Below, piece after piece: positions 1-9,604 of a stretch of DNA of 40,374 bases (position 1 is the first letter of the stretch; every line of letters begins with the position of its first letter). The notes beneath the pieces were generated by a model that searched no databases, was not told the DNA's origin, and worked only from the letters and a program-made list of their open reading frames with translations. Source of the DNA: Candidatus Doudnabacteria bacterium CG10_big_fil_rev_8_21_14_0_10_41_10 (lineage in GTDB: Bacteria > Patescibacteriota > Doudnabacteria > UBA920 > 2-01-FULL-50-11); assembly GCA_002773695.1 (NCBI GenBank), contig PFAJ01000070.1:5961-46334 (forward strand), read 5' to 3'. A program made the translations under genes and the position numbers.

Positions 1-505
1 TTGTGTGATGGTCGATATTTATAACCGGGGTCTCAAAAAACAAATCCGTATGCTGATCGTAAAGATCCCCCAAAAGGTCGAGGGAAGGAATATCTAAAAC
101 TATAATTAAATCATAGGGAAACTTGTCTGACCGAAAACTAACATCTCTTTGATCATACTGTCCTTCTTTCGGTTTTAAAAAAATATTTAAAAGCCCGGAA
201 GCCTCATCTTGGTGATAAGAAATTTCTCCCAGTGGAGCATTTTCCATCCGAATAGAAATAACAAAACTTCTACCCTCCTCCAATTCCCTCTGCACCAACT
301 CTGTTCCCGGTAAAAATCTATACTTTTCCGGGATCGAGCCAGCGGAAACAATTGTCGGCTCTTTATCCAATTTTTTTAAAAATTTATGCACAGCTAAAGC
401 CGCGGCCAAACTGTCACCGCTTGAAGAAACCCCAAGAGGAATCAATATTTTTTTTGAACGATTAATATGATCAAAAATTTGTTGCCCTGTCGACAAATCA
501 ACCAT
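1..505 (-). CDS. DHH-family phosphoesterase (NrnA/RecJ-like), N-terminal part; continues beyond the window edge
   Basis: Absent from the ORF track because it is open at position 1. The reverse-strand ATG at 505-503 gives MVDLSTGQQIFDHINRSKKILIPLGVSSSGDSLAAALAVHKFLKKL...ETPVINIDHHT, which contains the IDHH motif typical of DHH phosphoesterases. Confidence 0.7.
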   Translation of the reverse strand, partial: MVDLSTGQQIFDHINRSKKILIPLGVSSSGDSLAAALAVHKFLKKLDKEPTIVSAGSIPEKYRFLPGTELVQRELEEGRSFVISIRMENAPLGEISYHQDEASGLLNIFLKPKEGQYDQRDVSFRSDKFPYDLIIVLDIPSLDLLGDLYDQHTDLFFETPVINIDHHT

Positions 506-727
506 GATTTTTTTCTTCTGCCCAACAGTACTTAATCAAGTTAATTTAATTCATTTACATTGATTGGTCAAGTGTGGAAAAACCTTTTGATCCTCTCTTT
601 AAAATAAAAGGGGGTAGGAGGAGTTATGATCCGGTTTAAATCTCATAACTCCCCAAACCCGCTGTTATTTTTAAGAGGGGTGCTCGGGAAAGCTGACTAA
701 ATTGGGGATAACTGCTAAAATATCGTT

Positions 728-1186
728 ATGAAAACTATTATTTCCAACTCTCCGAAAGAAACCCGCTTATTTGCGGCAATCCAAGCAAAAAAAATTAATG
801 GCTCTACCGCGATTTTACTGAATGGCGAACTTGGAAGCGGTAAAACAGAATTTGTAAAAGGTTTTTGTAAGGCTGTGGGTATTACAAAAAAAATCAGTAG
901 CCCCACCTTTATTTTACAAAAAAGCTACGACTTTAAAAAACAGAATAAACCGTTTGTTCTGCACCACTTCGATTTTTATCGCCTAAAAGGTAAAACATCT
1001 GTTTTCGGTTTAGGTCTTAAGGATATTTTTGAGCAGAAAAATCAAGTTACAATTATTGAATGGCCAAAAAAAAATTTGCGACTTTATAAACTATTACCCA
1101 AAAAAATAGTAAGAATTAACTTCCAATATGGCGAAAAAGAAAACAGTCGAAAAATTACGATTGCGGATAGTGCCGGAAACGATTAA
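728..1186 (+). CDS. tsaE: tRNA t6A37 biosynthesis ATPase TsaE (YjeE)
   Basis: 152 aa with P-loop GELGSGKTEFVKG followed by SPTF, the size and layout typical of TsaE. Confidence 0.85.
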   Translation: MKTIISNSPKETRLFAAIQAKKINGSTAILLNGELGSGKTEFVKGFCKAVGITKKISSPTFILQKSYDFKKQNKPFVLHHFDFYRLKGKTSVFGLGLKDIFEQKNQVTIIEWPKKNLRLYKLLPKKIVRINFQYGEKENSRKITIADSAGND

Positions 1187-2558
1187 AAATCCTCTTCCAA
1201 AAAATCCCGGGGTAAAAAAAATATTGACCCCTTGGTTTATATTAATTTTAATCATTCTTTTTTTTATTTTTACAATCTTTCCTATAACCAAGCAAATACA
1301 AATAACGACAAACCAAAAAGAAATCTTGCCCCGAAGTTTTGGATTTGCGCTACAGACCTCTAAATGGATAGGGGAATCATTACAAGTCGAACACGGAAAT
1401 ATTCATTTCAATATTGACAACCTTGCTGATCTAAAAACAACCAAAGATTTAGATTTATCAAAATACAGAAAAGGGTTTAATAATAAAATCTCTTTGAACG
1501 AAGCGATTTTTAAGCAGTTTGGGACAACCAACCCGTGGCAGGCCTATAAAAAAAATGGTTCCCTAAGAACCTTTGACTTTAATGAAACCTGGCTATATAA
1601 TATTCTATCCGGCGAAATTGCTTCGAAAGTAAATCAGTTGAATAAAAACGCGATTTTGGAAATCCAAGATGATAGAGCGATTCAATTCCGACCTCATGTA
1701 ATAGGACAGAGTTTAAACGTCGTAGAAACAGTTTCAGTTATTAAAATCGCGGCATTTTCTAACCAAAATACGACCGGGTTAAAAATCGTTATTACCAAAC
1801 CATTAATTGTACTGTCTGATCTTAATAGTTTGGGAATTGAAGAAATAGTCGCGCAAGGAGAGTCGGATTTTTCAGGGTCAAGCGCCTCACGAATTACGAA
1901 TATAAGAGTCGGAGCGTCTCGCTACAACGGTCTAATCTTAAAACCAAACCAAGAGTTTTCTTTTAACGAACATTTAGGGTCAATCACCGCGGCTACCGGA
2001 TTCAAGCCGGAACTTGTTATCAAATCTACCGGCACAGTGCCAGAGTTGGGGGGAGGGCTTTGTCAAGTTTCTACCACAGTTTTTCGCGCCGCTTTGTATG
2101 GAGGACTTCCTATCACTGCTAGAAAAAATCACTCTTACGCGGTTAATTATTATTCCCCGCAAGGAACCGATGCGACAATTTATCCCGGGGTTGTGGATTT
2201 CAAATTTATAAATGACACACCCAACCACCTGCTGATTAACAGTTATTTGGAAGGAACAAAGTTGCATTTTGATTTCTATGGAACGAAAGATAGTAGAAAA
2301 ACCGAAATTGACGGACCGTACCAGTACGATTTTGGAACGGGCGGATCGATGCGAGCAAGGTTAACACGAACCATAAAATACGATCAAAAAGAGGTGGTTG
2401 ACAATTTCTATTCCAGATATGTTTCAAAAAATCTTTTCCCAAAAATATATGAATACCCGGGAGATCCGAAAAATGATGATCTCCAAAACGGTTCTCCAAT
2501 AAAAGAACTTATAGACGAATTACTCGAGCCGGACAACCAAGAAGAAATTTTGGAATAA
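1128..2558 (+). CDS. VanW-domain membrane-anchored protein
   Basis: N-terminal TM segment (WFILILIILFFIFTIF) and a C-terminal VanW-like core (GGGLCQVSTTVFRAALYGGLPITARKNHSYAVNYY). The ATG at 1128 overlaps tsaE by 59 nt, so a later GTG at 1167 is a possible alternative start. Confidence 0.8.
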   Translation: MAKKKTVEKLRLRIVPETIKNPLPKNPGVKKILTPWFILILIILFFIFTIFPITKQIQITTNQKEILPRSFGFALQTSKWIGESLQVEHGNIHFNIDNLADLKTTKDLDLSKYRKGFNNKISLNEAIFKQFGTTNPWQAYKKNGSLRTFDFNETWLYNILSGEIASKVNQLNKNAILEIQDDRAIQFRPHVIGQSLNVVETVSVIKIAAFSNQNTTGLKIVITKPLIVLSDLNSLGIEEIVAQGESDFSGSSASRITNIRVGASRYNGLILKPNQEFSFNEHLGSITAATGFKPELVIKSTGTVPELGGGLCQVSTTVFRAALYGGLPITARKNHSYAVNYYSPQGTDATIYPGVVDFKFINDTPNHLLINSYLEGTKLHFDFYGTKDSRKTEIDGPYQYDFGTGGSMRARLTRTIKYDQKEVVDNFYSRYVSKNLFPKIYEYPGDPKNDDLQNGSPIKELIDELLEPDNQEEILE

Positions 2559-2590
2559 CAACTTTAATAATAATTTAAACCAACCAAGCT

Positions 2591-4084
2591 ATGACAAATT
2601 TTTCCGCATCCACACAATCACCAACTCAAATAAAATCCGACCTTATGATTGTTCGGATATTCGAGGGTGAAAAAACATTAGAACCAAAAGTAAAAGAGTT
2701 AGACAAAACTCTACGGGGCGCAATTTCAAATATTATAAAAACAGGCGACTTTACTGGTAAAAAAGGTGAGGCTCAACTTGTTTATACTCACCAAGCAACC
2801 CCCACCTCCAGAATTTTACTGCTCGGTCTTGGAAAAAAAACCGCTTATAATCTAGAGTCCTCCAGAATAGCCATGTCAACCGTCACGACTGTAATTCAAA
2901 AAGTAAAGGCGGGGTCTATTTCTGTTTTACTTACAAAAACCTTGCCGAAAAAATCAAATACCGAACAGGCAATACAAGTAATCATGGAATCGTTGTTTTT
3001 GTCTAATTACAAATTCCTGGAACATAAAAAAATTGAGGTCGGTGATGAGCCGGTCATTTTAGATAATATTGAATTTGTTTTGAACAAAGCCGGAGACAAA
3101 GCTTCTGTTCTCAAAGGCGCTAAGCAGGGGTGCTTTGTTGCGGCCGCTGTGAATTTTGCGCGCGACCTGGCCAACCACCCGGGCAACTTCATGACTCCAC
3201 AAAGTCTCGCTGAAGCGGCAATTAAAATGGCCAAAGAAAACAAAATAAAATACAAAGTTTTGGAAAAACCGGAGATGAAAAAGCTTGGTATGGGCGCGCT
3301 GCTTGGGGTCAACCAGGGAAGTATTTTGGAACCGAAATTTATAATTTTGGAATACAACTTGAGCAAGCCGGGGAAACCGACTGTTTTAGTCGGCAAAGGA
3401 ATCACGTTTGATTCTGGAGGAATTTCCATCAAACCCAGTCAAAAAATGAATGAAATGAAATTCGATATGTGCGGCGCCGCCACAGTTTTAGGGGTAATGA
3501 AAGCGGCGGCAGAACTTAAACTCCCCCACAAATTGATCGGGCTTATCCCAGCCACCGAAAATCTCCCCTCGGGATCCGCTATTAAACCCGGAGATGTGGT
3601 ACGCGCCATGAATGGTAAAAGTATTGAAATTAACAATACCGACGCTGAGGGCCGCATAATTTTGGCTGACGCGCTTTCTTACGCACAAAAGTATAAACCG
3701 AAAAACGTAATTGATTTTGCCACTTTAACCGGAGCCGCGATTGTTGCTCTGGGCACCGGCTACTCCGCCGCTTTCGGCAACAACGAACAGTTGATGGCGC
3801 GCCTGCAAAAAGCGGCTGAAATCTCCGGGGAAAAAATCTGGCGCCTACCTTTAGACTCCGACTACAAAGAAAAAATGAAAGGCAAAATTGCAGACCTTGA
3901 TAACATTGGGCACAACGAAGGCGGCGGAACCATTACCGCGGCCTTGTTCCTGCAAGAATTTGTTGATTTTCCTTGGATTCATTTAGACATCGCAGGCACC
4001 GCCTGGACCAACGAGCCAAAACCATACCGGCCAGTCGGGGCAACGGGCGTTGGCGTCCGCCTCACGCTTGAATTTTTGAAATAA
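2591..4084 (+). CDS. pepA: leucyl aminopeptidase, M17 family
   Basis: 497 aa with the M17 signature NNTDAEGRIILADAL and VGKGITFDSGGISIKP. Confidence 0.9.
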   Translation: MTNFSASTQSPTQIKSDLMIVRIFEGEKTLEPKVKELDKTLRGAISNIIKTGDFTGKKGEAQLVYTHQATPTSRILLLGLGKKTAYNLESSRIAMSTVTTVIQKVKAGSISVLLTKTLPKKSNTEQAIQVIMESLFLSNYKFLEHKKIEVGDEPVILDNIEFVLNKAGDKASVLKGAKQGCFVAAAVNFARDLANHPGNFMTPQSLAEAAIKMAKENKIKYKVLEKPEMKKLGMGALLGVNQGSILEPKFIILEYNLSKPGKPTVLVGKGITFDSGGISIKPSQKMNEMKFDMCGAATVLGVMKAAAELKLPHKLIGLIPATENLPSGSAIKPGDVVRAMNGKSIEINNTDAEGRIILADALSYAQKYKPKNVIDFATLTGAAIVALGTGYSAAFGNNEQLMARLQKAAEISGEKIWRLPLDSDYKEKMKGKIADLDNIGHNEGGGTITAALFLQEFVDFPWIHLDIAGTAWTNEPKPYRPVGATGVGVRLTLEFLK

Positions 4085-4116
4085 CCATCACAACCAAACG
4101 ATCCGCGTTGAGAACC

Positions 4117-4147
4117 AAGGCTTCGGAGCAACCTCCGAAGCCTTTTG
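4117..4147 (+). terminator. rho-independent terminator after pepA
   Basis: AAGGCTTCGGAG-CAAC-CTCCGAAGCCTT hairpin followed by TTTTG. Confidence 0.65.
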
Positions 4148-4241
4148 AATAAATCTTTAAAATGGTAGAATGTTAATAGGTATTTATTATAAATTTTGGC
4201 CCCTTCTACCCTTTCAATACAAGAGGGAGGAAAAATGTGCC

Positions 4242-5282
4242 ATGCTTAAACCCAGTAAACCAAAAGAAAACGAACGAACAATCGCAGAAGTTGAGTCGCC
4301 TGAAGACAAATCTTTTGATACGGCTTTACGACCGGTTGATTTTACAGAATTTATTGGTCAAGAAAAAATCAAAGAAGCTCTTAGAATATTTTTACAGGCC
4401 GCCCAAGGACGAAAAGAAACTCTGGACCATATTTTATTTTATGGCCCTCCCGGGCTAGGAAAAACTTCACTTGCCAATATTGTCGCATCCGAAATGGGAG
4501 TAAATATCAAAACCACTTCCGGGCCGGCGATCGAGCGCGCCGGGGACCTGGCTTCAATTTTAACCAATCTGGAGGCTGGTGATATTTTATTTATCGACGA
4601 AATCCATCGACTTCCCCGGGTTGTAGAAGAAGTCCTCTATCCTGCCATGGAAGATTATTCTTTAGATATTGTTTTAGGGAAAGGTCCGGGCGCGCGATCG
4701 GTTAAACTAGATTTGCCAAAATTTACCTTGATTGGCGCCACCACTCGTTTTGCCATGTTATCCGCTCCGTTGCGCGATCGATTTGGGTCGGTTTATCGAC
4801 TTGATTATTACGAGCCAAATGAGATTAAAAAAATCGTCATGCGGTCGGCGGAGATTTTAAAAACGCCCCTGCACGAAACCGGAGCGCACGAGATAGCAAA
4901 ACGCTCGCGCCGCACCCCGAGAACCGCCAACCGCCTACTCCGACGCTGTAGAGATTTTGCGCAGGTTAAAGGTTATAAAAACATTGATTCGGTATCCGCA
5001 CAGGGGGCGCTCGACATGTTGTCGGTTGATTCTTTAGGTCTTGATGAAAACGACCGAAGGATACTGTACACCATAATAGAAAAATTTTCAGGTGGCCCGG
5101 TGGGAATCCAAACTTTAGCCGCCGCCACAGCAGAAGAAACCGATACTATAGAGGGGATTTATGAGCCCTACCTGATGCGTATTGGATTTCTTACCCGTAC
5201 TCCAAAAGGTCGAGTGGCCACCCCACAGGCCTATGAACACCTTGGAATCAAGGTAAGACCAGACCAAAAGACACTACTTTAA
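4242..5282 (+). CDS. ruvB: Holliday junction branch-migration helicase RuvB
   Basis: Walker [22 protein letters not shown], and RuvB-like N and C domains. I chose the ATG at 4242 ([11 protein letters not shown]) because a GGGAGG lies at 4225-4230; the track ORF starts at 4170. Confidence 0.9.
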   Translation: MLKPSKPKENERTIAEVESPEDKSFDTALRPVDFTEFIGQEKIKEALRIFLQAAQGRKETLDHILFYGPPGLGKTSLANIVASEMGVNIKTTSGPAIERAGDLASILTNLEAGDILFIDEIHRLPRVVEEVLYPAMEDYSLDIVLGKGPGARSVKLDLPKFTLIGATTRFAMLSAPLRDRFGSVYRLDYYEPNEIKKIVMRSAEILKTPLHETGAHEIAKRSRRTPRTANRLLRRCRDFAQVKGYKNIDSVSAQGALDMLSVDSLGLDENDRRILYTIIEKFSGGPVGIQTLAAATAEETDTIEGIYEPYLMRIGFLTRTPKGRVATPQAYEHLGIKVRPDQKTLL

Positions 5283-5311
5283 ACTTTTTACTTTAAATTT
5301 CGCGCTTATTT

Positions 5312-5509
5312 ATGTCCAATATCTCTCCAATAATAAACCTTGTCTTCCATCTCTTTATGATTTTTATTATGGTCTATTCTAGTTTCGCTATTTTTTCATT
5401 GATCCGTTACGGAAAATCCCAAGTGTTAGGATTTATTATTTCTGTTATTTATATTGTTTTTATGTCCGGCCTCTATTTTCAAACCCTTTTCATAATAAAA
5501 GGCCTTTAA
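5312..5509 (+). CDS. small hydrophobic protein (two predicted TM segments), function unknown
   Basis: 65-aa ORF in a gene-dense plus-strand run. It is strongly hydrophobic and has no recognisable family. Confidence 0.4.
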   Translation: MSNISPIINLVFHLFMIFIMVYSSFAIFSLIRYGKSQVLGFIISVIYIVFMSGLYFQTLFIIKGL

Positions 5510-5549
5510 GTATATACTCACTACCCACTATTAACTATCCACCAATCAA

Positions 5550-6125
5550 ATGCCTTTTCGAGAAACCAAATACCTTCCACATATTCACCAAGGAGAAAAA
5601 GTTTACCTTATACTCCGCCGTCACTGGCTAATTCCTGCCTTCAAAGCGGTTTTCTGGATTTTCTTAATCGTTGTTTTTCTACTTGCTCAACACTTTTTGA
5701 AAGACGTCTTCACTTTCCTGTCGTCGGGTTTAGGCGAATCAATCACAGATATTATAATTTCTGCTTTTCTTATCCTTTCTCTTTTGGGTTTAATGATAGT
5801 TTGGACTATGTATTACCTGAACGTTCAGCTTGTTACCAGCAAAAGGATAATCGACATCAATCAAAAAAGTATTATTCACCATGAGACTACGGAGTTTGAT
5901 TTAAATAAAGTTCAGGATGTAACCACTGAAGTGCGCGGACCGCTTGCAAACTTTTTTGATTATGGCAACGTGTTTGTTCAAACAGCCGGAACTGAACAGA
6001 ATTTCGGTTTTGACCACATTCCCTCCCCCCATCAAGTAGCAAAAACCGTTATTGCGCTTTCGGGCGTCGTCGTGGGTCGTGGAAAAAATCATTCTTCCTT
6101 AAACCGCCCTGCCGAACGCACATAA
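5550..6125 (+). CDS. membrane protein with bacterial PH-like (DUF304/bPH_2-type) architecture
   Basis: 191 aa with the pattern YLILRRHWLIPAFKAVFWIF..., two TM helices, then a soluble domain, as seen in YdbS/YdbT-like proteins. The assignment is made from memory of that family. Confidence 0.5.
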   Translation: MPFRETKYLPHIHQGEKVYLILRRHWLIPAFKAVFWIFLIVVFLLAQHFLKDVFTFLSSGLGESITDIIISAFLILSLLGLMIVWTMYYLNVQLVTSKRIIDINQKSIIHHETTEFDLNKVQDVTTEVRGPLANFFDYGNVFVQTAGTEQNFGFDHIPSPHQVAKTVIALSGVVVGRGKNHSSLNRPAERT

Positions 6126-6131
6126 AAAAAT

Positions 6132-7175
6132 ATGAAAATTGTAATTCTTGCCGGAGGAATCGGCCAAAGACTTTGGCCGCTCTCTCGCAGTTATTCTCCA
6201 AAACAAATAAAACCGTTTTTTGGTAAATATACATTACTACAAAAAACAGTGAATCGCTTGCGTAAAAAATTTAAGGCGAGTGATATTTTTATTGTTACCG
6301 GAAAAGAGTATTTAAAAAGTATTAAAAAACAACTACCCGAGCTCTCCGTAAAAAATATTTTGGTAGAGCCTGCTCGGAAAAATACCGCGGCGGCGATTGG
6401 TTTGGCGGCATACACCTTCGCTCGTAAAAATCCAAAAGAAATAATTATTTCAATCGCCTCCGATCATTTTATAGACCCGGAAGACGCTTTTTTAAAGGGT
6501 TTGAAAGAAATGGAAGCTGTGATCAAAAAAAACCCGAGGGCGGTTTGCTTGATGGGAGTAAAACCAACCTATCCAGAAACCGGATTGGGCTATATTGAAG
6601 TTGGACCAAAAAAAACCACTAAACTTTTTAAAATAAAAAGATTTGTCGAAAAACCCGGATTAAAAACCGCGAAAAGGTTTGTTGCCTCAAACAAATATTT
6701 ATGGAACCCCTCTTATTTTGCCTGGCGTGTTGACCGTGTTAAAGAACTTTTTAAAAAATTTGAGCCAAAAACCCATGCGTTACTGGAAAAAACCGCTAAG
6801 GGTGATAGGGAGGCTTTTAAAAAAATCTCGGCCCCGCCGATCGATTATGCTATCATGGAAAAGCTAAAAGAAGATTTTTATGCGTTGCTGGCAGATTTTT
6901 CTTGGGCAGATATTGGACACTGGGCCTCGGTAAAAGAGCTTCAAGCTAAAACCAGCGATGACAACGTCCAGCTCGGCCTCCAAAGCAATCTTGGAACAAA
7001 AGGGTCGTTGATCTACAATTATACTGACAATGTGCTAACAACGGTTGGTGTAAAAGACCTGATAATCGTACAAACCGAAGACGGAACGTTAATCTGTCAC
7101 AAAAACCGCGCTCAAGATGTAAAAAAACTGGTTGAGCAAATGAGAAAGAAAAAAAAGCTGCGCAAGTTTCTATGA
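6132..7175 (+). CDS. mannose-1-phosphate guanylyltransferase-like nucleotidyltransferase
   Basis: N-terminal ILAGGIGQRLWPLSRSYSPKQ (GGxGxRLWPLS signature). 347 aa. Confidence 0.8.
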   Translation: MKIVILAGGIGQRLWPLSRSYSPKQIKPFFGKYTLLQKTVNRLRKKFKASDIFIVTGKEYLKSIKKQLPELSVKNILVEPARKNTAAAIGLAAYTFARKNPKEIIISIASDHFIDPEDAFLKGLKEMEAVIKKNPRAVCLMGVKPTYPETGLGYIEVGPKKTTKLFKIKRFVEKPGLKTAKRFVASNKYLWNPSYFAWRVDRVKELFKKFEPKTHALLEKTAKGDREAFKKISAPPIDYAIMEKLKEDFYALLADFSWADIGHWASVKELQAKTSDDNVQLGLQSNLGTKGSLIYNYTDNVLTTVGVKDLIIVQTEDGTLICHKNRAQDVKKLVEQMRKKKKLRKFL

Positions 7176-7711
7176 TTATTTTTTTAATTGGGCCTGGCGG
7201 GGTCGGGAAAACAACTTGCGGTAAACTATTGGCTAAAAAAATTGGGTACGAATTAATTGATCTTGATAAAATTTTTCAAAAAAAGTTAGGGGGCATCGGC
7301 CGATATATTGATCAGCGCGGTTATAGGAAATATTGCTATCAAAACTCAAAAATATTTTACTCCCTGCTTAAAGCCAACGAAAAAAAATCAGTATTCGTTC
7401 TCTCTTCTGGTTTTCTGGTCCATAAAGGGTTAGAAAGGTTGACGACAAAGCATCGACTAACGATCAATAGACACGGGCTCTCCGTTCTATTACTACCTTC
7501 CCGATCCCGACAACAAAGCACAAAAATTATTGTCGAGAGACAATTGTCAAGGGCTCTGGGGCTGAACAAACGGCGGGAAATCCGAAAGATAGAAGAAAGA
7601 TATGACCAATATTTAAAATTCGGTGATATACGGATTTTTTCTTACGCTAAACCAGAAACAATAGTCAATCGCGTTACAAAAAAATTGTACTCTCATCCAA
7701 ATTTTAAATAG
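7172..7711 (+). CDS. shikimate-kinase-like P-loop kinase
   Basis: IFLIGPGGVGKTTCGKLLAKKIGYELIDLD resembles the AroK/AAA_33 N-terminus. Its start overlaps the upstream stop (ATGA), which suggests translational coupling. Confidence 0.55.
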   Translation: MIIFLIGPGGVGKTTCGKLLAKKIGYELIDLDKIFQKKLGGIGRYIDQRGYRKYCYQNSKIFYSLLKANEKKSVFVLSSGFLVHKGLERLTTKHRLTINRHGLSVLLLPSRSRQQSTKIIVERQLSRALGLNKRREIRKIEERYDQYLKFGDIRIFSYAKPETIVNRVTKKLYSHPNFK

Positions 7712-7751
7712 TCATTTTTTTATTTTGATTTTTACATTTTGAATTTTTAAG

Positions 7752-9191
7752 ATGTCCGTTCAAAAAATCTTTCTAAATACAATCCTCCAAAGCGTAGGGA
7801 AGGTAATCTCGGTCGCGATCGGACTGGGCACGATCGCGTTTTTAACGCGTTTTTTAGGAGACGAGGGTTTTGGCGAATACACAACCGTTATCGCTTTTAT
7901 GGGATTTTTTGGGATCCTTGCCGACCTTGGTTTATACCTTGTTACCACGCAAGAAATTTCCCGAGAAGGCGCGGATGAATCCAAAATCCTGGGGAATGTC
8001 TTTTTCTTGCGGTTTCTAACAGTTGTGACCATGCTTGTTATTGGGGCCGTCTTGGCTTTATTTTTTCCATACTCTGCCGAGGTCAAACAGTCTATGTTTT
8101 TGGCAATTGTAGCGTTTGCTTTTGTCTCCGGAACACAGGTGTTGGTTGGTGTCTTTCAAAAACACTTAATTTTTTATAAACTCATCGGTTCGGAAATTAT
8201 TCAGCGGCTTGTCAACCTTGGTTTGGTTGTTTTGTTTATTAAACAAGATTTAGGGATTTTACATTTTATTCTGGCGCTCGCTGTTTCTAACGGAGTCCAT
8301 TTTTTTATTTCCATGTCCATGGCGCAACGAATAACTCCTTTTACCTTACAGCTTGATTTTGCGTTTTGGAAAAATATCTTAGCAAAATCATGGCCACTTG
8401 GTTTCTCTGTTGTCCTTAACCTTATTTACTTCCGAGCAGACACTCTAATCCTTTCGTACTTTAAACCACCAACCGATGTTGGGGTTTATGGGTTGTCTTA
8501 TAAAATTTTAGAAGTGTTAATGGCCTTCCCCGCGATGTTTGCGGGTCTCATAATGCCTTTTTTAGCGCGCTACGCCTTCAAAGAATGGAGTAGATACAAA
8601 AAGTATCTTCAAAATTCTCTTAACGCAATGTTTTTGGTTATTGTCCCAATGATAATTGTAACCCTGTTCTTTGCCAGACCAATAATAAATTTAGTGGGTG
8701 GCGACGGTTTTGTCGGCGCTGATAAAGTTTTACAAATTCTCATTTTCGCAACAGCCCTAATCTATTTAGGAAACCTATTTGGTTATACCGTGGTCGCTTT
8801 AAACGCCCAGAAAAAAATGTTGTGGGGATACGGCGCCGGCGCAGTGGTCGGCCTTCTTTTGTATTTTGTCCTCATCCCTCGTTTTTCTTATTTTGGAGCG
8901 GCTTTTGCCACACTAGCAGTAGAATTGATAGTATTTATTTTTGCCTATTTGGTTACCGGTCGCGCATCAAATTTCTACCCCTCTATTTCCGCTCTATTTA
9001 AGGCTCTACTGGCCGCAATCCCCATGGTTGGGTTCTTCTACTACGTCCAGACACAATGGGTCGCAGAGGCTCTTTCTGGGCTTGCGATATACACCATTTT
9101 TCTTTTTATCTTAAAAGCGGTTCCTCGTGATTTTATTTCCGAGGTAATAAAAAAACGCGAACCTGTCGCGCTTCCTTCCTCGTTCGAATAA
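7752..9191 (+). CDS. MOP-superfamily polysaccharide/oligosaccharide flippase (Wzx/MurJ-like)
   Basis: 479 aa and polytopic (12 or more hydrophobic segments). The N-terminal pattern is typical of polysaccharide biosynthesis protein families. Confidence 0.75.
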   Translation: MSVQKIFLNTILQSVGKVISVAIGLGTIAFLTRFLGDEGFGEYTTVIAFMGFFGILADLGLYLVTTQEISREGADESKILGNVFFLRFLTVVTMLVIGAVLALFFPYSAEVKQSMFLAIVAFAFVSGTQVLVGVFQKHLIFYKLIGSEIIQRLVNLGLVVLFIKQDLGILHFILALAVSNGVHFFISMSMAQRITPFTLQLDFAFWKNILAKSWPLGFSVVLNLIYFRADTLILSYFKPPTDVGVYGLSYKILEVLMAFPAMFAGLIMPFLARYAFKEWSRYKKYLQNSLNAMFLVIVPMIIVTLFFARPIINLVGGDGFVGADKVLQILIFATALIYLGNLFGYTVVALNAQKKMLWGYGAGAVVGLLLYFVLIPRFSYFGAAFATLAVELIVFIFAYLVTGRASNFYPSISALFKALLAAIPMVGFFYYVQTQWVAEALSGLAIYTIFLFILKAVPRDFISEVIKKREPVALPSSFE

Positions 9192-9243
9192 CGATCCCTG
9201 TGACAAGCTTTAGGGTATTCTGCCAAAAATAATAAACCAGACA

Positions 9244-9531
9244 CTACAATTTAAAAACAATTCTTTCGACCATCTTTTTTTCAAAATGGTCGTTTATTTT
9301 TTTTATAAATTCTCTTTGGCGCAACTGCAGCTCGCTGGCTAGCGGCCCGCCCTCAACTTGAATATATAAAGTTTTGCCTTTTAAAAACTTTGGGTAGCAG
9401 TTTATTTTTTTATTGCCAAAAACCTCACTCGCTTTTTTATTCCACTCCGCAAACAACTCATAAATCTCCAGTGGTTTTTTTAAACCTCTTTGTTGTTTCT
9501 TTTTTCTAATTAAATTTTTTAGCGACTCCAT
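9244..9531 (-). CDS. DUF721 / DciA-like protein
   Basis: 95 aa, directly downstream of recF. The pattern ...EWNKKASEVFGNKKINCYPKFLKGKTLYIQVEGGPLASELQLRQREFIKKIN... matches the DUF721 layout. Confidence 0.7.
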   Translation of the reverse strand: MESLKNLIRKKKQQRGLKKPLEIYELFAEWNKKASEVFGNKKINCYPKFLKGKTLYIQVEGGPLASELQLRQREFIKKINDHFEKKMVERIVFKL

Positions 9532-9604
9532 AACTTGGGAGGGGTTAAGGTTTGTGAACGGAGATTTATAAATGAGAAAAAATACTTAATTCTCACTTCT
9601 TAAT

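Noticed and set aside
606-700. Strong GGAGGAG followed by a 24-codon ORF, plus a 10-bp hairpin (GGAGTTATGA/TCATAACTCC), upstream of tsaE.
   Set aside because: The SD-to-ATG spacing is only about 4 nt, and the ATG lies inside the hairpin stem. It is more likely a structural or terminator-like element of the divergent intergenic region than a gene, and I cannot assign a function.
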